Source: Chitinophagales bacterium
GTDB lineage: Bacteria > Bacteroidota > Bacteroidia > Chitinophagales > UBA10324
Length of the DNA stretch: 64,000 bases
Reading direction: 5' to 3'
NCBI GenBank assembly: GCA_013816805.1
Contig: JACDDS010000003.1
Coordinates: 72,582-136,581 of the forward strand
Shown: positions 39,098 to 48,780 of the stretch, in pieces
How positions within the stretch are numbered: the stretch's first letter is position 1
Layout: every line of letters starts with the position of its first letter
Program-made: the position numbers and the translations under genes
The notes under the pieces: model-generated
Database searches by the model: none
The model's input: the letters and a program-made list of their open reading frames with translations, nothing else
What the model was told of the DNA's origin: nothing

Positions 39098-39862
39098 GTG
39101 GAAAAGAAATATTCAGGCAGCAGTTTACGGGCAAATATTATTCATGGCATTCATCCTGTTGAAGAAGCATTGAATTCTGGCAGAACAATTGAAAAAATTT
39201 TTATTGCCAAAGATATCCGGAAGGCGGGTTTTATCGATTTTCTTAAAAAAGCACGGGAAAAATATATTCCCATTCAATTTGTTCCTGTAGAAAAATTAAA
39301 CCGCCTTGCAGGTAATAACCATCAGGGAGTTGCTTGTATTATTGCTCTTATCCAATATTATCAAACGCAGGATATTATAGCTCAGAGTTATGAAAAGGGT
39401 CAGTCTCCATTATTGCTGCTTGCAGACAGGGTAACGGATGTTAGAAATTTTGGGGCTATTGCACGAACCGCTTATGCCGCAGGCGTGCAGGGAATAATTA
39501 TTCCTGAAGCAGAATCAGCTGCAATAAATGCAGAGGCTATGAAATCATCAGCAGGTGCGCTCAACAATATTCCCGTTTGCCGTGAAAAGAATTTATTAAC
39601 CATCCTGAAGCAATTAAAATTAATTGGGATCCAAACTATAGCCTCTGATGTGAAAGGATCTAAGTATATTTTTGATTGTAACCTTCAAATTCCAACAGCG
39701 ATTATTGTAGGCTCCGAAGGAGAAGGGATTGCACCTGAGCTGTTACGTATCGCTGATGAAATAGTAAAGATCCCTATGGCTAATAACTTTAATTCCTACA
39801 ACGTATCAGTAGCTACCGGAATGATGCTTTACGAAGCCATGAAGCAACGAATGGAGCATTAA
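39098..39862 (+). CDS. rlmB: 23S rRNA (guanosine-2'-O)-methyltransferase, SpoU/TrmH family (RlmB-like)
   Basis: 254 aa with a GTG start. IHGIHPVEEAL substrate-binding N-domain. SpoU motifs NFGAIARTA, VGSEGEGI and NVSVATGMML. Confidence 0.85.
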   Translation: MEKKYSGSSLRANIIHGIHPVEEALNSGRTIEKIFIAKDIRKAGFIDFLKKAREKYIPIQFVPVEKLNRLAGNNHQGVACIIALIQYYQTQDIIAQSYEKGQSPLLLLADRVTDVRNFGAIARTAYAAGVQGIIIPEAESAAINAEAMKSSAGALNNIPVCREKNLLTILKQLKLIGIQTIASDVKGSKYIFDCNLQIPTAIIVGSEGEGIAPELLRIADEIVKIPMANNFNSYNVSVATGMMLYEAMKQRMEH

Positions 39863-39920
39863 GGGAATATCGGAACGGATTTTTTTCATTCCGTAAAATC
39901 TTCTAATATTTGCGCCCATT

Positions 39921-42392
39921 ATGCCTATAGATGAATCAGACAAAACCAACTCTGTAACCGGGTTAGATACTATTGCAACTCCCACAGTAGACATACCCGT
40001 ATACAGTGATGTTCCAGCCATCACCTTAGTTCCTCTCACCAAGCAGTATCTTAAAGAAGTAAAGCAGTATGTACCTGACGGAAGCCGCTATTACTTTTCA
40101 GATGGCGTGTCGGAGGTAGAAGTAAAAGTTATAAGCGATGAAATTATCAGGATAAGAATGGCTCCCCAGGGTGAATTTCTCGAAGAATTTTCATATGCTA
40201 TTGAAGAGCGCAAACACCATACATCGCGTATTGAATTATCAGAAACTTCAGAGTATTATGCAGTGTCTACCAATGTTGTGGCATGCAAAATCAAAAAAAA
40301 GGATTTTACTATCTCATTTGTTGATCTTCAGGATATGGTGATCAATGAAGATTCACAGCCGATGCATTGGGAAGAGAACACTGAGTTTGGCGGGTATTAC
40401 GTTTATTGTTCAAAAAAATATCAGCAGAATGAGCATTTCTTTGGATTAGGTGATAAGGCAGATGACCTGGACCTGTTAGGAAAAAGATTTGTGATGTGGG
40501 GAACCGACGCCTATGCCTTTATGCGCAATAGTGATCCGCTCTATAAAAATATTCCTTTCTATATCGGAATACACAAAAATGTCAGCTACGGAATCTTCTT
40601 TGATAACACATTTCGTTCTTCCTTCGATTTTGCAAAAGAAAATCCATCTGCTGTAAGCTTTTGGGCAGATGGTGGCGAGCTCCAGTACTATTATATTCAT
40701 GGACCTAATATGATGGATGTAGTAAAACGGTATACGGCATTAACCGGTTCTCATCCTTTGCCTCCATTATGGGCTTTAGGCTTTCATCAGTGCCGATGGA
40801 GCTATTATCCGGAAGCACGTGTACGCGAGATTGCAGAAACGTTCCGCGCAAAGAAGATTCCATGTGATGTCATCTATCTAGACATTGATTATATGGATGG
40901 ATACCGTTGTTTTACATGGAATAAAAAATATTTCCCAAATCCTAAAAAAATGATGCAGGATTTGCAATTACAGGGATTTAAAACAGTAGTTATTATCGAC
41001 CCTGGAATAATGGTGGACGAAAACTACTGGGTTTTTAAAGAAGGAAGGGACAACAAATATTTTTGCAGGAGGTGCGATGATTATTTTATGGAAGGGCAGG
41101 TATGGCCCGGAAGGTGCCAGTTTCCTGATTTTACCAATCCGAAAGTTAGAGACTGGTGGGGAGGCTTATTTAAAGAATTGGTAGACCAGGGTATAGCAGG
41201 GGTATGGAATGATATGAATGAACCTGCCGTGTTCGGTCAGGGAACTTTCCCTTTAGATGTCCGTCACAATTACGATGGTTATCGCGGTTCCCACCGTAAA
41301 GCCCATAATATATATGGAATGCAGATGGTTCGCGCAACTTATGAAGGGTTAAAAAAGCTTCAGAAGAATAAGCGTCCCTTTACCATTACAAGGTCAGGCT
41401 ATTCAGGTGTCCAGCGTTATTCATCTACGTGGACGGGTGATAACACTGCTTCATGGGATCATCTTAAGCTTGCCGTTCAAATGCTTCAAAGGTTAAGTGT
41501 ATCAGGCATATCTTTTTCCGGATCTGATATTGGCGGATTTACCAAAGATTCTGATAGTGAATTATATGTAAGATGGATACAGGTGGGCGTATTTTCTCCG
41601 CTAATGCGCGTGCATAGTGCGGGAGATACCAGCAACCGCGAACCCTGGTCCTTTGGTCTTAAGGTTGAAAAAATTGTTAAAAAGTTTATAGAACTCAGGT
41701 ATCAGCTGATGCCTTATATATATTCCGTATTCTGGGAAAATCACCGTTATTTCTTTCCCATGCTCCGCCCATTGTCCATGGTAGAACAGGAAAATACAGA
41801 TAATTACCAGCGGGATGATGAATTCACTATAGGTGACAAAATTCTGATTGCACCAATCTTACATCAAGGCCTTAACTCACGAAAAGTATATCTGCCCCAG
41901 GGTATTTGGTACAACTTCTGGGATTTTACGGTACATCAGGGAGGACAATCCTATGAAGTACAAGCTCCGCTTGATTCTATGCCAATTTTTATAAAGGCTG
42001 GCTCAATAATTCCTGAATATCCTGTTATGCAGTATACCGGAGCAGAGGAGATTGATGAAATGCTTTTAAATGCATATTATGCTCCTTACCTCGTAAACTC
42101 CTTTATGTTCGAGGACTATGGAGATACTTTTGGCCATGAGCAAAATATTTATGCGGAGAAAAAGTTTGAAATGACAACGTCCACGCGGTCTGTAACAGTG
42201 AAGCAGGAAATGGAAGGATTATTTACACCCCGGTATGATTTTTACCGCTTAAAATTCTATGGGATTCCTTTTCATGTAAGCAGTGTTTATATTGATGGAA
42301 AGCAAATTTCAGGAGTAAAAAAGATTTCAAGAAAAAATATCCTTGTCTTTCGTGTTCCAAAGAATTTCAAACGGCTTGAAATACTGGGTTAA
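39921..42392 (+). CDS. Glycoside hydrolase family 31 alpha-glucosidase/xylosidase
   Basis: 823 aa. Nucleophile region GVWNDMNEP, WTGDNTASW, and acid/base region FSGSDIGGF. Confidence 0.9.
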   Translation: MPIDESDKTNSVTGLDTIATPTVDIPVYSDVPAITLVPLTKQYLKEVKQYVPDGSRYYFSDGVSEVEVKVISDEIIRIRMAPQGEFLEEFSYAIEERKHHTSRIELSETSEYYAVSTNVVACKIKKKDFTISFVDLQDMVINEDSQPMHWEENTEFGGYYVYCSKKYQQNEHFFGLGDKADDLDLLGKRFVMWGTDAYAFMRNSDPLYKNIPFYIGIHKNVSYGIFFDNTFRSSFDFAKENPSAVSFWADGGELQYYYIHGPNMMDVVKRYTALTGSHPLPPLWALGFHQCRWSYYPEARVREIAETFRAKKIPCDVIYLDIDYMDGYRCFTWNKKYFPNPKKMMQDLQLQGFKTVVIIDPGIMVDENYWVFKEGRDNKYFCRRCDDYFMEGQVWPGRCQFPDFTNPKVRDWWGGLFKELVDQGIAGVWNDMNEPAVFGQGTFPLDVRHNYDGYRGSHRKAHNIYGMQMVRATYEGLKKLQKNKRPFTITRSGYSGVQRYSSTWTGDNTASWDHLKLAVQMLQRLSVSGISFSGSDIGGFTKDSDSELYVRWIQVGVFSPLMRVHSAGDTSNREPWSFGLKVEKIVKKFIELRYQLMPYIYSVFWENHRYFFPMLRPLSMVEQENTDNYQRDDEFTIGDKILIAPILHQGLNSRKVYLPQGIWYNFWDFTVHQGGQSYEVQAPLDSMPIFIKAGSIIPEYPVMQYTGAEEIDEMLLNAYYAPYLVNSFMFEDYGDTFGHEQNIYAEKKFEMTTSTRSVTVKQEMEGLFTPRYDFYRLKFYGIPFHVSSVYIDGKQISGVKKISRKNILVFRVPKNFKRLEILG

Positions 42393-42646
42393 CGCTTTAA
42401 TCTGATATTCCACTGCGAAGCTATAAGCAATATCTTTATTGCATCTTCTCTTTCCAGGTCACGAAACTACTCATACATCGTAGTTAAAACAGGCGCTGAT
42501 GTAGTCATTTGATGCTTTTAAAATCTGCACTCACTGAAGAAGAGGATATTGAGATTTCCCGACAACCAGGGTTGCTGTAGCATTATTTTATTCCTTGTTC
42601 GTCCTGATTAATATAACTGTTAAATTTGAAGTCAAATCAAACAATA

Positions 42647-43639
42647 ATGTCCGCAGAACAAGTTTCGGATACTAAGGATGATCAGAATACAGGACTAAGC
42701 GCGCGGGCTCAACGCAACCAGCGCTCTATACGGGAAGATGGCACCTTTAATATTGAGAACAAGGGCATGCCTTTGTTTCGTCCTGATGATATTTATCTGG
42801 GGTTGCTCACTATGCCATGGTGGAAGTTTAGCCTCATTGTAATAAGTTTTTATGTAATACTTAATTCTCTTTTCGCTGCTATTTATTATGCAATAGGTAT
42901 AGACCATCTTACCAATATCGAAGGAACCACCCAGTGGGAAAAGCTTCTGGAGGCATTTTTTTTCAGCGCGCAATCCTTAACTACTGTTGGGTATGGAAGA
43001 GTAGCTCCTGTGGGGATTACCACGAGCTCAGTCGCAGCTATAGAATCGCTCCTGGGATTACTTGGTTTTGCTCTTGCCACAGGCTTGCTGTTTGGGCGCT
43101 TCTCTAAAGCAACTGCAAAAATTGTCCACAGTACTAACATGTTAATTTCTCCATTTAAAGAAGGGACAGGATTGATGTTTCGCATTGCTAACATGCGTGA
43201 AACACAATTAGTTGAGGTGGAAGTAATAGTAACACTTTCTAAAATTACAGTTGAAAAGGGGAGAGAGGTGCGGCGATTTTACCAACTGAATCTGGAGCGG
43301 AATAAGATTACTATGTTCCCTATGGCGTGGACCGTTGTTCACCCGATTGATGAAACCAGCCTGCTCTACGGCCTTACCCACGAGGAGATTAAATATGATG
43401 ATATGGAGTTCCTTATTTATTTTAAGGGATATGATGAAACCTTTTCACAAAATGTACACCATCGCATCTCTTATCGTGCAGATGATATTGTATGGGGCGC
43501 CAGGTTTATAGTCAACTATGAATTGCAATCCAATGGACCTACTATTCATTACCTGAACAAAGTAAGTGATTATGAATTAACGGATTTGCCTGTAATTTCT
43601 ATTGAAAATGAAAAAGACAGAAAACAGCTGGTTCAATAA
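42647..43639 (+). CDS. Inward-rectifier-type potassium channel (KirBac-like)
   Basis: Selectivity filter TTVGYG between two TM helices. N-terminal slide-helix-like segment and a C-terminal beta-rich cytoplasmic domain. The ATG at 42647 is preferred to the TTG at 42626. Confidence 0.8.
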   Translation: MSAEQVSDTKDDQNTGLSARAQRNQRSIREDGTFNIENKGMPLFRPDDIYLGLLTMPWWKFSLIVISFYVILNSLFAAIYYAIGIDHLTNIEGTTQWEKLLEAFFFSAQSLTTVGYGRVAPVGITTSSVAAIESLLGLLGFALATGLLFGRFSKATAKIVHSTNMLISPFKEGTGLMFRIANMRETQLVEVEVIVTLSKITVEKGREVRRFYQLNLERNKITMFPMAWTVVHPIDETSLLYGLTHEEIKYDDMEFLIYFKGYDETFSQNVHHRISYRADDIVWGARFIVNYELQSNGPTIHYLNKVSDYELTDLPVISIENEKDRKQLVQ

Positions 43640-43764
43640 ATATATCATATAGACTTAAAATCATGCTGTAGAACAGACACCTGTTTCTCGTAATTTTTAT
43701 GTTTATAAAACTGTAACCTTTTAGCTTTTAAACGTTATATCATTACGTTCAACTTGAATTATCC

Positions 43765-45330
43765 ATGAAAAAAGTCTCTCTGTTTTTTGGTTCCTTATTT
43801 TTTTTATTAAGTGCTAAAGCACAAATTATTCCCACTTGGAGCAATGAAGTTGCCAGCATTATATATGATAATTGCAGCTCTTGCCATCACGTGGGTGGAA
43901 TTGGCCCTTTTTCTCTGATGTCTTATGAAGATGCAGTGAATAACGCTTTTGGTATTCAATCGCAAACTGCCGCGCGACTGATGCCGCCCTGGAAACCTGA
44001 TCCGAATTATCGTCATTTTAAAGATGAACGGATTCTTTCTGATTCCGATATCAATACGCTGTCAAGCTGGGTGAATGGTGGAACTCTTTCAGGAGATTTA
44101 ACAATAGCTCCTGCGCCCCCTGTTTTTAATAGTGGTTCTCAAATGGTAGCAATTGATGAGTCTATTCAATGGCCACAATGGACGGTTACTACTGATGTCG
44201 ACCAATATCGCACATTCGTGATTCACTCTGATTATGAGCAGGATACTTACCTGAATCAAATTGAATACCTGCCTGGAAACGGCTCCGTTGTTCATCACAT
44301 GGTACTTTTCTACGACGAGAAAGCTACTTCATGGAATACGGATCAGAATGATCCTCTGCCGGGATACGAAAGCTATGGATTGGGCCCCACCAGTTATTCA
44401 GCAGTAATTATTGGTGCATGGGCACCCGGTTCCGGTATTTTTGAATTGCCTTCCAATATGGGAATCCGAATTCCTGCAGGAGCTGATATCGGTTTGGAAA
44501 TTCACTACTCACCTGGTGCAAATGGACTAACGGACAGTTCTGTTGTAAATTTTAAATTCAGCATTGCAGCCGCTCCGCGTGAAGTTTATGTGGATGCTGC
44601 TTTAAATCATCTCATCAATTTAACTGATGGTCCGTTATATATTCCTGCCAATACCGTGAAATCATTCCATGAGAAATTGAAGATAACAGGCGGTGATCTA
44701 TCTCTTGTTTCCGTTTTTCCACATATGCATAAAGTGGGTACCGAAATTCATTCCTGGGCTGTAAGCGCAAATAATGATACTACAAACCTTGTTTCTATTC
44801 CTCAATGGAGCTTTCATTGGCAGGGATTTTATGAATACCAGAAATTAATTCACATTACAAACTTGTCCACTTTATGGGGCGAGGCCACTTATGACAATAC
44901 CATAAATAATCCGGACAATCCAAGCAATCCACCGCAGGATGTAGTTTCTGGAGAGCATACCACGGATGAAATGATGATTATCTTTTATGCATATCTCGCC
45001 TATCAGCCTGGTGATGAAAATATTATTCTTGACAGTTCCTCGATAACTTCTGTTTCAGATCATCCAATAAATCCCGGACTGTCTGTGCAAACCTTTCCAA
45101 ATCCTTTAATAGAACAGCTATTTATTCATTTGCAGCTATCAAAGAGTAGTAATCTTCATTTTAAAATATTTAATATGGCCGGAGCAATTGCAAAAACATG
45201 GGATGAATATCATGTTTCTCCAGGCTTGTACTCTTCTGCAGTAACTGTTAATAATTTATTGCCGGGAATTTATTTTCTGGAAATAATCAGTAATGAGGGA
45301 ACAGTGGTCCAAAAAATTATAAAGCAGTAA
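43765..45330 (+). CDS. Secreted copper type-II monooxygenase-like protein (PHM/DBH-like) with N-terminal CxxCH motif and T9SS C-terminal sorting domain
   Basis: 521 aa. Signal peptide, then C37-S-S-C40-H41 followed by PFSLMSYEDA...MPPWKPD. HHM motif (GSVVHHMVLFY), GAWAPGS, HxH (FPHMHKVG), and DEMMIIFYAY, which resembles the PHM DEMCN block. The last roughly 80 aa (FPNPL...GIYFLEIISNEGTVVQKIIKQ) are T9SS type A CTD-like. Confidence 0.7.
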   Translation: MKKVSLFFGSLFFLLSAKAQIIPTWSNEVASIIYDNCSSCHHVGGIGPFSLMSYEDAVNNAFGIQSQTAARLMPPWKPDPNYRHFKDERILSDSDINTLSSWVNGGTLSGDLTIAPAPPVFNSGSQMVAIDESIQWPQWTVTTDVDQYRTFVIHSDYEQDTYLNQIEYLPGNGSVVHHMVLFYDEKATSWNTDQNDPLPGYESYGLGPTSYSAVIIGAWAPGSGIFELPSNMGIRIPAGADIGLEIHYSPGANGLTDSSVVNFKFSIAAAPREVYVDAALNHLINLTDGPLYIPANTVKSFHEKLKITGGDLSLVSVFPHMHKVGTEIHSWAVSANNDTTNLVSIPQWSFHWQGFYEYQKLIHITNLSTLWGEATYDNTINNPDNPSNPPQDVVSGEHTTDEMMIIFYAYLAYQPGDENIILDSSSITSVSDHPINPGLSVQTFPNPLIEQLFIHLQLSKSSNLHFKIFNMAGAIAKTWDEYHVSPGLYSSAVTVNNLLPGIYFLEIISNEGTVVQKIIKQ

Positions 45331-45355
45331 GTTGTTATCAATTATAAATTGTATT

Positions 45356-45389
45356 AATCCGTTCCAGGCCCTGGAACGGATTTTTATTT
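45356..45389 (+). terminator. Intrinsic terminator after the T9SS monooxygenase-like gene
   Basis: aatccgttcca-ggccc-tggaacggatt forms an 11-bp stem. It is followed by tttttattt. Confidence 0.8.
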
Positions 45390-45482
45390 GAAAGAATAAC
45401 AGTAATCTTCAGTCAAAGCTTTTGATCTTGTAAGGTCTCAAAGCACTATCTTTGCTACCCTTAAAATCTGTCCTTACAATTG

Positions 45483-46946
45483 ATGGAAGAAACCTATCGG
45501 GAAACGCTCACTATTGAACCTTTGGCTTTGCGGGATAGGTTAAGCTTAAAAGCGTCTGATGAAAACCGCCAGGGTGAAGTATACCCGGAATACAGTGAAG
45601 AGATGAAGGCTACTCCGTTGCATCGAAAATTTTATATAGAAAGTTATGGCTGCCAGATGAATTTCAGTGATTCGGAAATTGTAGCTTCTATTTTAATGAA
45701 GGACAATTTTATTCCGGTTGAAAAATTTCCGGATGCTGATTTAATCCTTATTAATACATGTGCAATACGGGAGAGTGCGGAGCAAAAAATAAGGCAGCGG
45801 CTTACTGAATTCAGTAAAGTAAAAAAGAAAAATCCCGATGCATTGATAGGTGTGCTGGGCTGCATGGCAGAAAGGTTGAAATCCAGGCTGCTGGAAGAAG
45901 AAAAGATCGTTGACCTTGTTGTAGGTCCGGATGCTTACCGCGATCTTCCATCGCTGATTGCCAGGGCCGAGGACGGACAGAAAATGGTGAATGTTTTACT
46001 ATCGCGCGAAGAAACTTATGCAGACATTAGTCCTGTACGGTTAAGCAGCAATGGAATTTGCGCATTTATTTCAATAATGCGTGGCTGCAATAATATGTGC
46101 TCTTTTTGTGTAGTGCCCCTTACCCGGGGGCGGGAAAGAAGCAGGGATCCTTATTCGATTGTTAAAGAAGCAGAGAACCTTTTTGACCAGGGTTTTCGGG
46201 AAGTAACATTACTGGGTCAAAATGTGGATTCTTATTCGTGGAAAAATGAGGTAACAAACGAATCGGTAACCTTCGCGCAGCTATTAATGAAAGTAGCATT
46301 AATACATTCTGATTTAAGAGTTCGCTTTTCTACTTCTCATCCCAAGGATATTACTGCTGAAGTTATTTTAGCTATAAATAAGTGTCCTAATATCTGCAGC
46401 TATATCCATCTTCCGCTCCAGTCAGGAAGTTCCGCTGTTTTACAACGCATGAATCGTACTTATACAAGGGAATGGTATATCAATAAAGTAGATACGATCC
46501 GTTCTTTAATTCCGGGTTGCGGAATTTCGACAGATATAATCGCCGGTTTTTGCGGCGAAACGGAAGAAGAACATTTTGAAACTTTAGAGGTAATGGATTA
46601 CGTGCAATTTGACATGGGGTATATGTTTAAATATTCTGAAAGGCCCGGTACTCCAGCTGCCAGAAAGATGAAAGATGATATACCTGAACAAACAAAAAAT
46701 TTTCGACTGCAGCAGATCGTTGATTTACAACACCGCATTCAGGTAATTAATAATTCCAGGGAAGTGGGTAAACAGGTAAGGGTTTTAGCGGAAGGATATT
46801 CAAAAAGATCAAAAGAACATTTATTCGGCAGAAGCTCAGAAAATAAAGTAGTTGTTTTTCCCGAAGGAGGTTTTAAAAAAGGCGATTATGTAAACGTTAA
46901 AATTCTTGGCTATACTTCTGCTACTTTAATGGGGGAAGCAATTTAG
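45483..46946 (+). CDS. miaB: tRNA-i6A37 methylthiotransferase
   Basis: N-terminal MTTase cysteines (YGCQMN, NTCAIRE, GCMA). Radical-SAM CNNMCSFC. C-terminal TRAM domain. The ATG is 3 nt after the track's TTG. Confidence 0.93.
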   Translation: MEETYRETLTIEPLALRDRLSLKASDENRQGEVYPEYSEEMKATPLHRKFYIESYGCQMNFSDSEIVASILMKDNFIPVEKFPDADLILINTCAIRESAEQKIRQRLTEFSKVKKKNPDALIGVLGCMAERLKSRLLEEEKIVDLVVGPDAYRDLPSLIARAEDGQKMVNVLLSREETYADISPVRLSSNGICAFISIMRGCNNMCSFCVVPLTRGRERSRDPYSIVKEAENLFDQGFREVTLLGQNVDSYSWKNEVTNESVTFAQLLMKVALIHSDLRVRFSTSHPKDITAEVILAINKCPNICSYIHLPLQSGSSAVLQRMNRTYTREWYINKVDTIRSLIPGCGISTDIIAGFCGETEEEHFETLEVMDYVQFDMGYMFKYSERPGTPAARKMKDDIPEQTKNFRLQQIVDLQHRIQVINNSREVGKQVRVLAEGYSKRSKEHLFGRSSENKVVVFPEGGFKKGDYVNVKILGYTSATLMGEAI

Positions 46947-47005
46947 TTACCGGTTTTGTTATAATATTTATAAACCACTGTGAAAAACGAATTCAGGTTA
47001 AGTAA

Positions 47006-48193
47006 ATGGAATTACAAAGTATAAAGCAGCGATTCGGAATTATTGGTAATTCGGAGGGTTTACATCATGCGCTTACTGTAGCAATACAAGTTGCGCCAAC
47101 TGATCTAACAGTTTTAATAAATGGTGAAAGCGGGGTAGGAAAAGAAATATTTTCAACGATCATTCATCAGTTAAGCCCAAGAAAACATAACCCGTTTATT
47201 GCTGTAAACTGCGGGGCGATTCCTGAAGGCACAATTGATTCTGAATTATTTGGCCATGAAAAAGGATCGTTTACAGGAGCTCATGAAGCCCGCAAGGGAT
47301 ACTTTGAAACAGTAAATGGTGGCACTATATTCCTGGATGAAGCAGGCGAGCTCCCCCTTGGCACTCAGGCGCGCCTTCTGAGAGTATTGGAATCTCAGGA
47401 ATATATACGGGTTGGATCATCTAAAATTCAAAAAACAGATGTAAGAGTTATTGGCGCAACCAATGTTAATTTGCTTGATCGCATTCATCAGGGCCGATTT
47501 CGGGAAGATCTTTACTACAGGCTGAATACTGTGCCTATTACAGTCCCGCCTTTAAGAGAACGTAAAGAAGACATTCCCCTTCTCTTCAGAAGATTTTCTA
47601 TCGACTTTGCAGAAAAATACAGAACTACACCCATTCAGCTCGATGAGGAAGCTAAAATCTTACTGGTTAATTACAGCTGGCCCGGCAATGTTCGTGAATT
47701 AAAAAATATGGCCGAACAAGTTTCTGTTCTGGCAAAAAATAAACTGGTTACGGCAGATGAATTAATCACTTTTGTTCCCAATTCAAAACAATCTAACCTG
47801 CCAATGATAGCAGGTATTAATGGTGCTGAAATTTCAGAAAGGGAAATTTTATACAAGGTGCTTTTTGATATGAGGAACGATATAAACGATTTGAAAAAGA
47901 TTGTATATGGATTAATTCCCGGTGAACAGTTGCAACACACTACCTCTATAAAATCTTCTGATGGTTATCCTGAATCGCGAAACTATCTGCCTGATCAGCC
48001 CATTGTAATCGATACCAAGAATACTACACCAATAGAAGTGGAGGAATCTTTATCTATTTCCGATAAAGAAAAAGAACTGATTCAGCGGGCTTTAAAAAAA
48101 CACCGGAGCAAGCGAAAAGATGCAGCCAGGGATCTCGGTATTTCCGAAAGGACCCTTTACAGAAAAATTAAAGAATATAAAATAGCAGAATAA
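47006..48193 (+). CDS. Sigma-54-dependent transcriptional activator lacking any N-terminal sensor/receiver domain
   Basis: 395 aa. The AAA+ domain starts at about residue 10. Walker A GESGVGKE, GAFTGA variant EKGSFTGA, Walker B IFLDEAGEL, and C-terminal Fis-type HTH AARDLGISERTLYRKIKEY. Confidence 0.88.
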   Translation: MELQSIKQRFGIIGNSEGLHHALTVAIQVAPTDLTVLINGESGVGKEIFSTIIHQLSPRKHNPFIAVNCGAIPEGTIDSELFGHEKGSFTGAHEARKGYFETVNGGTIFLDEAGELPLGTQARLLRVLESQEYIRVGSSKIQKTDVRVIGATNVNLLDRIHQGRFREDLYYRLNTVPITVPPLRERKEDIPLLFRRFSIDFAEKYRTTPIQLDEEAKILLVNYSWPGNVRELKNMAEQVSVLAKNKLVTADELITFVPNSKQSNLPMIAGINGAEISEREILYKVLFDMRNDINDLKKIVYGLIPGEQLQHTTSIKSSDGYPESRNYLPDQPIVIDTKNTTPIEVEESLSISDKEKELIQRALKKHRSKRKDAARDLGISERTLYRKIKEYKIAE

Positions 48194-48275
48194 CTAAATG
48201 GCGAATGAGTACTGTTGATGATCAGATTGATAATATTTAGTTTAAATTATGGTTTAGTTTATGAGATAAATCGAA

Positions 48276-48779
48276 ATGAAATTTATAAAATATTGCTTTC
48301 TTATTATTACTTTTTGTGCATGTACCAGCTGCGGTGTATATTCTCTTACCGGTGCCTCTATTGATCCGGATGTAAAAACATTTACGGTTCATTATATAGC
48401 AAACCAGGCACAGATTGTAATCCCTACTTTAAGTCAGTCTTTTACTGAAGCACTAAAAAATAAACTGTCAACAGGAACCAATTTAAAAATGGTGGAGAGC
48501 AGCGGAGATCTTGAGTTTCAGGGTGCTATTACTCAATACAATATCTCGCCAGCTGCAGCTGTAGCCAATGAAACGGCTGCGCTTAACCGGATCACGATAT
48601 CAGTAAGTATTGAATTTATTAACCATAAAAATGAAAAACAATCATGGACATCAACGTTTTCTCGATATGCTGATTATAGCAGCAGCCAGGACCTTGCTTC
48701 TGTGCAGGTGCAACTGATTGATGATATTAATAGTCAGTTGGTAGACGATATCTTTAACAAGGCTGTCGTAAACTGGTAA
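48276..48779 (+). CDS. Lipoprotein, LptE-like (LPS assembly)
   Basis: 167 aa. Lipobox-like ITFCACTSC. Size and position after the sigma-54 activator match the Bacteroidota LptE-family neighbourhood. The assignment rests on context and is tentative. Confidence 0.5.
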   Translation: MKFIKYCFLIITFCACTSCGVYSLTGASIDPDVKTFTVHYIANQAQIVIPTLSQSFTEALKNKLSTGTNLKMVESSGDLEFQGAITQYNISPAAAVANETAALNRITISVSIEFINHKNEKQSWTSTFSRYADYSSSQDLASVQVQLIDDINSQLVDDIFNKAVVNW

Positions 48780-48780
48780 T

